DNA from: Eledone cirrhosa
Lineage: Eukaryota
DNA length: 64,000 nt
Direction of reading: 5' to 3'
Assembly (NCBI GenBank): GCA_964016885.1
Contig: OZ024740.1
Span: 235,786,001 to 235,850,000, forward strand
Shown here piece by piece: positions 32,505 to 43,739 of this stretch. The notes beneath the pieces are model-generated. The model worked only from the letters and a program-made list of their open reading frames with translations, was not told the origin of the DNA and did no database searches. The translations under genes and the position numbers were made by a program. Within the stretch, counting starts at the first letter, position 1. Every line of letters begins with the position of its first letter.

Positions 32505-34380
32505 ATCATCATCATCATCATCATCATCGACGTTTAACGTCCGTGTTCCACGCTTGCATGGGTTTGGACGGGGGTAGTCCCACTTGAGGCAAGAGTGATT
32601 GTCTTGCTCGCATAGGACTGTCTGGCAGGTTTTCTACAGTTGGATGCCCTTCCTAACACCAACCACATTTACAGTGTGGGTCTGGGAGGTTTTTACCGTG
32701 TTGCCTACACGGCCACATTACAGCGTGGACTGTGTGTTTTTTTGTCGTGACACCTACACGATCTCATTTGTTTCGGCCTCGATGGCGCGGCACCAACATA
32801 ACTTTACATAGAACGGGGTGGTGTGGATGGGGTGGGGGTGGTGGTGGTGGGACGGGGTGTATTTTGTTAGAGATGCCTACTGGCTGGAGTAGGTTTTACT
32901 ATATATTTAGGTAAGGCGGGTCTTCTCTGTTACTGAGTACCGCCAAAGCCAAAGGTCTCGGTCCAGTGACATTGTCTTGGAGAGGTGTAAGTGTGTGATG
33001 TCGGAGTTTATCAGCTCGTCCCAGGTTTTTCTAGGTCTGCCTATTCCGTGACTACCGTCTATCTTTATTGCCCTGCACTTTGTTATACAGCTATCGACTT
33101 TCATGCGCATCACGTGTCCATACCAACGTAGCCTTCTCTCGAGTAAACAACATCTGATCCCTCTTATCTCTAATTTTTTCCTTAGTTCGTTTATGCTTTG
33201 CCGTTCACGTATATTACTGTTACACATCCAGCGGAGCATGCAAGCTTCGTTCCTCTCTAGTCTGCGTATATCCTCTGCACACAATGCCCAGGTCTCACTG
33301 CCAAGCAGCATTGCTGTTCGTATGCAGGCATCGTACAACCTGCCTTTCATTTTTAGGGAGAACCCTTTAGCAGCTAATAGTGGTATAAGCTCTCTGAACT
33401 TTTTCCAACCAGTTCTGACTCTAGCTACAGTACTTTCAGAGCACCCTCCCCCACTGCTGATTTTATCGCCCAGGTAACGGAAGCTGTCCACTATTTCTAT
33501 AGAACCCTCTGCGCAATTGAAAGAGCTAGTATTTTGTGGGCACTTGCTGCTACTTATTGCACCAGAACACCGGCCACATGTAAAATCTATGTTCTTAGTT
33601 AGCTTACCTGTGATCCCACTACATCTTTTATGCACCCATACTTTGCATTTAGGACATAAAATGGAGTTTCTACCTACGCCTTTCCTACACACCGAGCACG
33701 ACCATTTCCCAGAAGGGACCGCCGCCTTGTTTTCTTTCCTACAAACTAGTACTTTGGTCTTAGCCAGGTTAATTTTAAGTCCTTTTGACTCTAGGCCGTG
33801 CTTCCATGTTTGGAATTTCTTCTCTAGCTCGGCCATTGATTCCGCTATGAGTGTCAGGTCGTCTGCGTATAGGAGTTCCCATGGGCAGCCTGTCTTGAAC
33901 TCCTCTGTTATAGCCTGAAGGGCAATAATAAATAGTAGGGGGCTGAGAACAGAGCCCTGATGGACGCCAACTTTTACGCTAAACTCTTCACTATATTCGT
34001 TGTTAATTCTAACCTTTCTGACTGTTTCTTTATACATGGCTTGTATAGCCCTCACAAGCCATTCGTCAACGCCTAGTTTTCTAAGAGCCCACCAGATAAT
34101 GGAGCGGGGGACTCTGTCGAAGGCTTTCTCCAAGTCGACAAAAGCTAAGTAGAGGGGTTCACCTTTAGCTAGGTACTTCTCCTGTAGTTGTCGTACTATG
34201 AAAAGAGCGTCTGTGGTACTTTTGCTTGACACAAACCCGAACTGCATTTCATCTAGGTCAATTCTCTCTCTGATTAGTTGCGCTATTACTTTTTCCGTGA
34301 CCTTCATGACCTGGTCGATTAATTTAATGCCTCTATAGTTACTCCTATCTAGGGCGTCTCCTTTACCCTTATAACAGTTA
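32505..34380 (-). mobile_element. RTE-clade LINE, 5'-truncated, young
   Basis: Frame is open from the truncation point (NCYKGKGDALDRSNYRGIKLIDQVM) to the stop at 32907; 3'UTR and (GAT)n tail. Confidence 0.95.
32907..34307 (-). CDS. RTE reverse transcriptase (partial ORF2) with PHD-like zinc finger
   Basis: QFGF, AFVDLEKAFDRVP, GVHQGSVLSPLLF, LLYADD; then CSVC..C.KC..WVHKRC..CGRC; then FRYLG, GSETW, RRLRWYGHV, GRPRKTW. Confidence 0.92.
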   Translation of the reverse strand: MKVTEKVIAQLIRERIDLDEMQFGFVSSKSTTDALFIVRQLQEKYLAKGEPLYLAFVDLEKAFDRVPRSIIWWALRKLGVDEWLVRAIQAMYKETVRKVRINNEYSEEFSVKVGVHQGSVLSPLLFIIALQAITEEFKTGCPWELLYADDLTLIAESMAELEKKFQTWKHGLESKGLKINLAKTKVLVCRKENKAAVPSGKWSCSVCRKGVGRNSILCPKCKVWVHKRCSGITGKLTKNIDFTCGRCSGAISSSKCPQNTSSFNCAEGSIEIVDSFRYLGDKISSGGGCSESTVARVRTGWKKFRELIPLLAAKGFSLKMKGRLYDACIRTAMLLGSETWALCAEDIRRLERNEACMLRWMCNSNIRERQSINELRKKLEIRGIRCCLLERRLRWYGHVMRMKVDSCITKCRAIKIDGSHGIGRPRKTWDELINSDITHLHLSKTMSLDRDLWLWRYSVTEKTRLT

Positions 34381-34593
34381 TATATATATATATATAGGTT
34401 AGTTCATAAAAGATCGTTTTCAAACAAGACAATAGATAAATATAGGTGAAGAAAGATTACAGCTCAATATATGAGACTTATCACAATAAACCATTTAGAA
34501 AGCTAAATACAATTCTGTTTTGAGTTGTATGAAATCCATATTTGAAGATGTTTAAGTAACAATATAAACTCACAAATGCTTTATAATAATATC

Positions 34594-34916
34594 ACCAAAA
34601 CGGTTAATTATATTTCATTTTAATTAATTTAACGAACGTTTCATCCGTATTTTAAGTAGATACATAATTAATTATTACTTAATTAATTAAATAAACAAAA
34701 AGTTGAAATCCTCAGAACTGTTAAATGAAAATATAAATAATTTAACTTCAAAATGTTTGTGAGGTTATAATTATTTACATTTTCACTCAATAGTTCTGAT
34801 TATACTACTTTTTTTGTTCATTTAATTAATTAAGTAATAATTAATTATGTATCTACTTAAAATATGGATGAACATTCATTAATTTATTAATATGAAATAT
34901 AATTAACCATTTTGGT
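34594..34916. repeat. ~320-bp AT-rich fold-back element
   Basis: ACCAAAACGGTTAATTATATTTCAT...AAGTAGATACATAATTAATTATTACTTAATTAATTAAAT is mirrored about ~34755. Minus strand of left arm has CTGAGGA(34715-34709)...GGATGAAACGTTC. Confidence 0.85.
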
Positions 34917-34993
34917 CTTGTGTATTATCATAATATATATATAGACATTAAATGATGCTGATATATATGTATGTGTATATATATATATATATA

Positions 34994-35051
<58 letters not shown>

Positions 35052-35939
35052 CACATATATCAGCATCATTTAATGTACATTTTCCCTGCTAGTAATTGTC
35101 ATAAACCATGTCAGTATACTTAATTGGAGCTACTAACCTCTCAGATAGGCCAGGATAGGGGTTGGGTCTTACATATATTCCCAGACTCTACAGAGTGCAC
35201 AAAGTGCAATTTCTCATGGCATCATTATTACGAAGGTTGTCATGTCTGAGGCACTTAAACCAGAGAAAAACCGAGGGAGAGAAAGGAGACAGAGAATATG
35301 GGGAGAGAGAGAGAGAGAGGGGGGGGGGGCTCAGCCCAGTTTTAGACTTGTTATATTATTTATTGACTCTGAAAAGATGAAAGCAGAGTTGACCTCAGTA
35401 GAATTTGAACTTAGATCACAGATTGCCATAAAAAATACTGCAAAGCATTCTATCCAATACTCTAATGACTCTACCAATTTACCATCATCATCACCATCAC
35501 CATCATTTTACACTCTGGTTAGACTGGTCAGAGAACCATGTCTGGTTCATACTTTCCATATTTGACTTGATTTCTACACCTACCAACCCTTCCTAATGCC
35601 AACCAATTCACAGAGTGTACTGGATGCATCTTATTGTGAAACCACCACTACAACTTTACAGGGTGTATTGGATGCATTTTATCATGGCACCAACACTGTC
35701 CCTTTACAGAGTGGACTAGGTGTATTGTGTCACTAGCACAAAAAAGAAGTCTTTGACAGGAGACCAAAGGGCCTTCTCTACTCTGTGTTGTTTCAGTTTG
35801 TTTGTCCACTACTTACAACAGACAATGAGTAGTTATTTTAAGATATACACTGATATATATTTTACAGATTGCAAACATTATCTTATAACAGCAGCCCTCT
35901 ACACATAAAGTGAAGTAAGATAGTTTATTTCATATTATA

Positions 35940-36290
35940 TTAATGAGTTGCTTTAGGACCATACTTAGGATTTCTTGGTGTGATCACATCACAAATGAGG
36001 AAATCATGAAAAGTATTTGGCTGAGCAATCTATGGATTACCAATGCTGCACAATGGTGGAATATGCTTGGTCATGTGCTAAACATAGCCATGAAGAGACC
36101 AACGGGGGCTTCCCTTGAATTGAATCCAGGAGAGAATAGAAAGCAAGGCAGGCCTGTCAAAACTTGGTTGAGGTCTATGGAAGAAGACCAGGCAAACAGG
36201 GGCCTTTCCTGGCCTGGGAGCAGGCTCATGACAGGGTTTGCAACTGTGTGGAATGCTCCATATGGAGAAAAAGGAACTGAAGAAGAAAAA
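35940..36290 (+). mobile_element. Old RTE-type LINE C-terminal fragment (different family)
   Basis: FRTILRISWCDHITNEEI..WNMLGHVLNI..RKQGRPVKTWLRSMEED. Confidence 0.75.
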
Positions 36291-36539
36291 GAAGAGTGGC
36301 TGTTACTTGCATATTAATTCTGGCAGTTTAATTAGTCACCCAGACACTACCTTGCTCACCACCACCTCCACCATTATCATCACCACTGTGGCTTCAACCT
36401 GATCAGAAGAAGCTCAAGAGTAGGTTGAATAACATAGGTAACACACTATGTTAAGTGTGTCACAACACATTGTGTATGTAGTAGGGCCGTAAACAAGGTG
36501 GCTATATTGCACACCTGGGGTGATGAAGGTCTCTACACA

Positions 36540-37020
36540 GTTGCTTGATCTGCTAAAAATAGAAGCCAAATATCTCACAAAATCCATTCCAAATAAAGGA
36601 AGGACATATTGAATGATATAGTTCCAGATGCACTGTTTAAAAAAAAGTTGGGATGGTCATAGCTGGAACGCCTATGATCATAGGTCTGCTTCTAAGGCTC
36701 AACAACAGCAATAACAACATTCAGCTTTATTTACATACTTCCAGCTTTCCTTGAATGGAGCTAAACAGTAGCTGCACACTAACGACAATCATTTCTACCT
36801 GATAGTGAATGACCTTGAAGCAGTCATGAGACCTGCTAGAAATAGAAGCCAAATTTCCATCAAATTACACTCTACCATCTGAAAAAAGGAAGAACACATT
36901 GGAGAATACAGTCCTAGATTTACAAAAAGACAGGAAGGTCATGGATAGAGCACCTTCAATTATAGCTCTGCTGGACCAGAACTGGTTTGAAGTTAAACAA
37001 CTTCAACAACAATAGCAATA
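36540..37020 (+). mobile_element. Two tandem degenerate copies of an interspersed repeat ending in (CAA)n
   Basis: CTGCTA(A/G)AAATAGAAGCCAAAT..AAAGGAAG..GGTCAT..CATAGG/TATAGC..AACAAC at ~36550 and ~36833. Confidence 0.55.
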
Positions 37021-37039
37021 TCATAAGAAACCCATCATT

Positions 37040-38513
37040 ACCACCACCATTACTTTTAATTGATCAGTAAACAATAACAGCATCATCATCATCAATAAAA
37101 CAACAAAAAACATCATCGACAACATCATTAACAACAACAGCAACATCATCAACAACACCAACAACAGCAACATCATCAACAACACCAACAACAGTAACAT
37201 CATCATCAGCATCATCAACAAAAACATCATTAGCAACAACAAACAGCAACAATGACAACAGTGTCAACAACCACAACAACAAGAACAGTAACAACAACAG
37301 CAAGGACAACAACAACAACAACTATATCATTATCAATAACACACTCAATAACAACCATAATTAAAACATCATCAGCAACTGCAGCAGCAATAATGATATC
37401 CATAACAGCAGCAACAACAACAACAGCAACAACAACAGCAGCAACAACAACAATAGCAACTACGAAAATAGCAACATAAAAAAATAGCAACTGCTACAAC
37501 ATCAACAACAATAGCAACTACCACAACATCAACCACAAAAATAGCAACTACCACAACATCAACAACAATAACAACTACAACAATAGCAACTACTACAACA
37601 ACAACAACAATAGCAACTACCACAACATCAACCACAAAAATAGCAACTACCACAACATCAACAACAATAACAACTATAACAATAGCAACTACTACAACAA
37701 CAACAACAATAGCAACTACCACAACATCAACCACAAAAATAGCAACTACCACAACATCAACAATAACAACTACAACAACAGTAAAAAACAACAATAGCAA
37801 CTACTACATCAACAACAACAATAGCAACTACCACAACATCAACAACAATAACAACTACAACAACAGTAAAAAACAACAACAATAGCAACTACCACATCAA
37901 CCACAAAAATAGCAACTACCACAACATCAACAACAATAACAACTACAACAACAGTAAAAAACAACAACAATAGCAACTACCACATCAACCACAAAAATAG
38001 CAACTACCACAACATCAACAACAATAACAACTACAACAACAGTAAAAAACAACAACAATAGCAACTACCACAACATCAACAACAATAACAACTACAGCAA
38101 CAGTAAAAAACAACAACAATAGCAACTACCACAACATCAACCACAAAAATAGCAACTACCACAACATCAACAACAATAACAACTACAACAACAGTAAAAA
38201 ACAACAACAATAGCAACTACCACATCAACCACAAAAATAGCAACTACCACAACATCAACAACAATAACAACTACAACAACAGTAAAAAACAACAACAATA
38301 GCAACTACCACAACATCAACAACAATAACAACTACAACAACAGTAAAAAACAACAACAATAGCAACTACCACAACATCAACCACAAAAATAGCAACTACC
38401 ACAACATCAACAACAATAACAACTACAACAACAGTAAAAAACAACAACAATAGCAACTACCACATCAACAACAAGAATAGCAACTACTACAACAGTAACA
38501 ACAATAGTAACTA
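37040..38513. repeat. (CAA)n-derived minisatellite (AATAGCAACTACCACAACATCAAC motifs)
   Basis: Directly visible; continues at 39460-40070 after the inserted palindrome. Confidence 0.95.
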
Positions 38514-38514
38514 T

Positions 38515-39298
38515 ATTATATACATTGGACAGATAGGTGTCCTCATCGTGTTTTGTTGTTCACACAACATTTCGGCTGATGTACTCTCCAGCCTTCATCA
38601 GGTGTCTTGGTGATGTTATTATTAAAGTTTGTTGTTAGGGTGGTGGATTGGCAGTATCGGTAGAGGGTCGGACACCATGCTTTGATGCACAGAGTTACAG
38701 CCCTTGCCATTCTGAGTTCAAATCCCGCCGAGGTTAACTTTGCCTTTCATCCTTACGGGGTCGATAAAATAAAGTACCAGTAATGCACTGGGTAATTGCT
38801 GGCCTTGTGCCTAACGTAGAAACAATTATTAACGTTTGTTCAGGTCACTGCCTAGAATTGAATTCGGAATCTGGGGTTAGTAGCCCACTTTTTAACCACC
38901 CCACCAAAAAAGTGGATTAAAAACTGGGCTACTAACCTCAAGATTCCTAGTACAATTCTAGGCAGTGACCTGAACAAACGTTAATAATTGTTTCTACGTT
39001 AGGCACAAGGCCAGCAAATACCCAGTGCATTACTGGTACTTTATTTTATCGACCCCGTAAGGATGAAATGCAAAGTTAACCTCGGCAGGATTTGAACTCA
39101 GAATGGCAAGGGCCGTAACTCTGTGCGTCAAAGCATGGCGTCCGACCCTCTACCGATACTGCCAATCCACCACCCTAACAACAAACTTTAATAATAACAT
39201 CACTAGGACACCTGATGAAGTCTGGAGAGTACATCAGCCGAAATGGTGTGTGAACAACAAAACAAGATGAGGACACCTATCTGTCAAATATATATAAT
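38515..39298. mobile_element. ~780-bp palindromic composite: tRNA-like head + captured Meta-SINE + hammerhead tail in each arm
   Basis: Arms 38515-38899 and 38912-39298. tRNA-like GTGG..GGGCTACTAACC..GATTCC..AATTCTAGGCAGTGACC. SINE at ~38643-38830 and ~38985-39170. ACAC-CTGATGA-A-GGCTGG..TCAGCC-GAAA-TGTT-GTGT at 38605-38561 (-), decayed copy at 39208-39252 (+). Confidence 0.9.
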
Positions 39299-39417
39299 TG
39301 TTTCTACTTTTGGCACAAGGCCAGCAATTACCCCAGTGTATTACTGGTACCTTATTTTATCGACCCCGTAAGGATGAAAGGCAAAGTTAACCTCGGCGGG
39401 ATTTGAACTCAGATCAT
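39299..39417 (-). mobile_element. Meta-core SINE, 5'-truncated, with 12-bp TSD
   Basis: AATATATATAAT at 39287-39298 and 39418-39429. Confidence 0.85.
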
Positions 39418-39459
39418 AATATATATAATGTAAATGATTCCTCATCTCAAAAATATAGA

Positions 39460-40070
39460 ACAGTAATAGTAACTATCACGACAATAACAACAAAAATAGC
39501 AACTACCATAGCAACTACAGCAACAACACTAGCAACTACCACAACAGTAACAACAATAGCAACTACCACAACATCAACAATAATAGCAACTACCACAACA
39601 ACACTAGCACAACAGTAACAACAACAATAGCAACTACCACAACAACACTAGCACAACAGTAACAACAACAATAGCAACTACCACAACAACACTAGCACAA
39701 CAGTAACAACAACAATAGCAACTACAACAACAGTAAAAATAATAGCAACTACCACAACAACACTAGCAACTATCACAACAGTAACAACAACAACAGTAAA
39801 AACAATAGCTACTACCGCAACTACCACAACAGTAACAACAACAATAGCAACTACTACGACAGTAAAAACAATAGCAACTACGACAACAACACTAGCAACT
39901 ATCACAACAGTAACAACAAAAATAGCAACTACAGCAACAACAATAACCACTACCACAACAATAACAACAAAAATAGCAACAACAATAACCACTACCACAA
40001 CAGTAACAAAAAAAAAGATATCAACTAGAAAAACAAAACCCCATCATCAACTACAATAACAACAACAACA
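39460..40070. repeat. (CAA)n-derived minisatellite, continuation
   Basis: Directly visible. Confidence 0.9.
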
Positions 40071-40384
40071 TAAATAACTAGAAAGAAAAAAAACACCATG
40101 CCCAGGAACAAAAGAGAACATAATGTATAATAAAGAAATCATTAAGTAATTTTAGAATCAAAACCTAATCAAAGTATTTCTGTCTATTTAAAGATGTCTT
40201 TCTTTGAGTGGAATTGGTGAGTGTCGGTCAGTGGTGGAAGCTGACAGTAGGGTGGTGGTGGTCAAAATAAAAGATGTGTTGGAATATTAGTCAATATGTT
40301 ACAATCCTACTTTCACCCCCACTACCATTCCACTGCCATTAAAAGATAGTTGCTGATAGTTTGCTGGAACTGTTCAAAACATTT

Positions 40385-42262
40385 CCACTGCCATTCCACT
40401 GATATCCTACTGACATTACAATGCTATCCCCTGCCATTCCACTGATATCCTACTGACATTACAATGCTATCCCCTGCCATTCCACTGATATCCTACTGAC
40501 ATTACAATGCTATCCCCTGCCATTTGACTGATATCCTACTGACATTACAATGTTATCCACTGTCATTACATTGATATCCTACTGACATTACAATGCTATC
40601 AACAGCCATCTCACTGATATCCTACTGACATTACAATGCTATCCCCTGCCATTTGACTGATATCCTACTGACATTACAATGCTATCAACAGCCATCTCAC
40701 TGATATCCTACTGACATTACAATGCTATCCCCTGCCATTTGACTGATATCCTACTGACATTACAATGTTATCCACTGCCATTACATTGATATCCTACTGA
40801 CATTACAATGCTATCCCCTGCCATTTGACTGATATCCTACTGACATTACAATGTTATCCACTGTCATTACATTGATATCCTACTGACATTACAATGCTAT
40901 CCCCTGCCATTTGACTGATATCCTACTGACATTACAATGTTATCCACTGTCATTCCATTGATATCCTACTGACATCACCATGCTATCAACAGCCATCTCA
41001 CTGATATCCTACTGACATTACAATGCTATCCCCTGCCATTTGACTGATATCCTACTGACATTACAATGTTATCCACTGCCATTCCATTGATATCCTACTG
41101 ACATCACCATGCTATCAACAGCCATCTCACTGATATCCTACTGACATTACAATGCTATCCACAACCATTCATCTGCCATTAAAATGCTATCCCCTGCCAC
41201 TTTACTGTTATGCTACTGACATTAGGATGCTATCCATTGCTATTCCACTGATATCCTGCTGCCATTACAATGCAATCCACTGATATCCTTCTGACATTAC
41301 AATGCTATCCACTGCCTTTCCTCTGCCATTACAATGCTATCCACTGCCTTTCCTCTGCTATCCACTGCCATTCCACTGATATCCTTCTGACATTACAATG
41401 TTATCCACTGCCATTCCACTGATATCCTACTGACATAACAATGCTATCCACTGCCATTACATTGATATCCTATTGACATTACAATGCTATCCACTGCCAT
41501 TCCACTGATATCCTACTGACCTTAGGATGATATCCATTGCCATTCCGCTGATATCCTACTGACACTACAATGCTATCCGCTGATATCCTACTGACACTAC
41601 AATGCTATCCGCTGCCATTCTACTGACATTACAATGCTATTCACCACCATTCTATTGATATACTACTGACATTACAATGCTATGCACTGCCATTCCTCTG
41701 ATATCCTACTGACATTACAACGGCATCCACTGTTGTTCCACTGCCATCCTACTGACATTACAATGCTATCCACTGCCAGTCCACTGCCATCCTACTGACA
41801 TTACAATGCTATCCACTGCCAGTCCACTGCCATCCTACTTACATTACAATGCTATCCACTGCCAGTCCACTGTTATCCTACTTACATTACAATGCTATCC
41901 ACTGCCAGTCCACTGCCATCCTACTTACATTACAATGCTATCCACTGCCAGTCCACTGCCATCCTACTTACATTACAATGCTATCCACTGCCAGTCTACT
42001 GATTTCCTACTGACATTACAATGCTATCCACTGCCAGTCCACTGCCATCCTACTTACATTACAATGCTATCCACTGCCAGTCTACTGATATCCTACTGAC
42101 ATTACAATGCTATCCACTGACATTCCACTGATATCCTACTAACATTACAATGCTATCCACTGACATTCCGCTGACATTACAATGATACTCTACTGACATT
42201 ACGATGCTATCCACTGAGGTTCCACTGATACCCTACTGACATTACAATGTTATCCACTGCTA
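40385..42262. repeat. 43-bp minisatellite built from four 10-12-bp subunits
   Basis: Unit CCACTGCCATT-CCACTGATAT-CCTACTGACATT-ACAATGCTAT; period seen between 40409 and 40452. Confidence 0.95.
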
Positions 42263-42713
42263 TTTTGATCCTATAAAAAATGTGTGTTATAAGGTTCCAG
42301 GCTCAATGCTATTGTATGGCATCTCAAGAAAGTGTTCTTAGCATAGCATTTGGTTGATCTAAGGCCTTATGAACGAAATTGGGTATGCAGAAACCATGTA
42401 GAAGACTACCAGATGGATTGTATCTGTAATACAAAGGTCCAGCTTTGTCACATATTGAGTCATGCTGATTCTGCCTATGAATTATGTTAAGGGTACACAT
42501 GTCTGTAGAATACTCTACCCTTTACATGTTAATTCATGAGTCAAACATAAAGTTAATCAAATAACTAAATATTCATTATCAATATTGTTGAACGATCCAT
42601 CGTTATAATGCTGATAGTGTGTTAGAACTATTCAAAGTACTTCCACTGACATTGTATTGTCATCTAATACCATTTTGCTGCCATTAAAACATGTTCATAG
42701 AATGGTAGAGCTA

Positions 42714-42933
42714 TTTAGCATTTACATTACTCTATATTTACTATTGTGTTCTTGTGGTAAAGGCTTTATCTTACATAATCATCTCATATAATATCGAATC
42801 TATGAGATTTTCATGTTATTTATTTTGAGAACAATACCTTAACATCAGTATATGAGAGGCCGGTTATAGTTGGTTTGAACAGAAAGAGGTGAGAGAATTC
42901 TGGCCGGATATGGCCAATTTAAATGCTAAAGGG
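42714..42933. mobile_element. piggyBac-type MITE, second copy (inverted relative to 27001-27221)
   Basis: TTTAGCATT ... AATGCTAAAGGG-TTAA; internal sequence is reverse-complementary to 27001-27221. Confidence 0.85.
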
Positions 42934-43739
42934 TTAAACAATAGTTTCTAATATAAACCCAATGCTACCAATTTTGGAGGGTGAGAAAATCAATTATACT
43001 ACCCAAATTATTGACTGGTACTTTTTTTTTTATCAACCTCAAAAGAATGTAAGGCAAAGTTGACCTCTGTGGGATTTACACTCTAAACGTAAAGGGTCAG
43101 AATACTGTTGAGTATTTGTCTGGGGCTCTAACATCTCTACCAACCTACATTCTGATGTCATTCCACTAGCATTCTATTGCAACCAGCAAAATACATTGTG
43201 AAAACAGTGCAGCACACATCATAACAACTGCAGGCTCTGAAGTGTTGTTCTTGTACACTACATGGCTTGGTGAACTAATGAATAGTTTGCTAGCCTGTGA
43301 TTTGTACTGTTTTTGTATGAGTGGATAGTAGGGAATGGAGTAGAAAGCTTTGCAAATCATCATCATCAATAAACGTCTATTTTCCATGTAAGACTGGGTA
43401 TCACATTCTGAGCCAAGGCCAGTCAGATAATCATATCCTGCTCATATGTTCCAATTTTGGCTTAGTTTCTACAACTAGATGCCCTTCTTAATGTCAACAA
43501 CTTTACAGTGTGCACTGGGAGCATTTTATCATGGCACCAACACTACCACCTTACAGAGTGAACTGGATGTTTTTTTATTGTGGCACCATGACTACCGCTT
43601 TACAAAGTAACTTGGATGTATTTTGTCGTGTCACCAACACAACAATGTTGATGGTAATTACAATGATACATATGGGAGGTGGTTTTGTTGTTGAAGCTCT
43701 CATCTTCTCTGTGATAGGTTTGTGAGCAGTGGTGGTTAA

